DNA of 62,929 nucleotides, the filler included, from Sphacelaria rigidula (taxonomy: Eukaryota): the NCBI GenBank assembly GCA_964200075.2. It is 11 parts of 11 records of this genome, joined end to end, with 100 filler letters (N's around TTAATTAATTAA, not from the genome) between each part and the next. Parts side by side here need not be neighbours in the genome. Positions count along the whole stretch, not along the records: positions 57,301 to 62,929 come from CAXNAA020025733.1; 10 more parts are not named here. One strand, 5' to 3'. This document shows positions 62,856-62,929 of this stretch, piece after piece; within the stretch, counting starts at the first letter, position 1, and every line of letters begins with the position of its first letter. Both the position numbers and the translations under genes were made by a program. The notes beneath the pieces were generated by a model. That model saw only the letters and a program-made list of their open reading frames with translations. It did not search any database and was not told the origin of the DNA.

Positions 62856-62929
62856 GGGGGGGGGGGGCGTACTCATTTGTTGCTTGCCTTAGTCGTTTGA
62901 CCATTGACCACGCATCCCTTTCGAGACGG
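62856..62929 (-). mobile_element. Probable LINE 3' terminus (PSRKGCVVNGQTTKASNK* plus poly-C)
   Basis: Reverse-complement match to 5731-5789. Confidence 0.7.

Overview
This is eukaryotic nuclear DNA, most likely from a brown alga (Phaeophyceae), judging by the 5S-like sequence, the long GT-AG introns and the TE spectrum. It is not a contiguous locus. It consists of 11 size-sorted contigs (ten of 5630 bp, the last 5629 bp) joined by 100-bp N/TTAATTAATTAA spacers, so adjacency across spacers has no biological meaning. Six host gene fragments are recognisable as exons: a SUT/SLC45-like sugar symporter, a PP2C plus cNMP-binding protein, a Fab1/PIKfyve-type FYVE gene, an HPP-family membrane protein, mannose-6-phosphate isomerase and an EML-like WD40 protein. 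The rest is mostly decayed mobile DNA: two chromodomain-bearing Ty3/gypsy pol remnants, LINE fragments, tRNA-derived SINEs, hAT and mariner MITEs, foldback elements and a ~270-bp satellite. The most notable items are (1) a ~200-bp TG..CA MITE with 5-bp TSDs carrying an internal TTAGGG-like array, in 5 copies; (2) a full-length 5S-like head fused to a tRNA-derived SINE; (3) an alternating A/B higher-order satellite; (4) a LINE whose 3' end has a poly-C tract, with an apparently 5'-inverted copy; and (5) a possible ultra-small TRIM. No CRISPR array or prokaryotic system was found. All family assignments come from motif recognition by eye, not from database searches.
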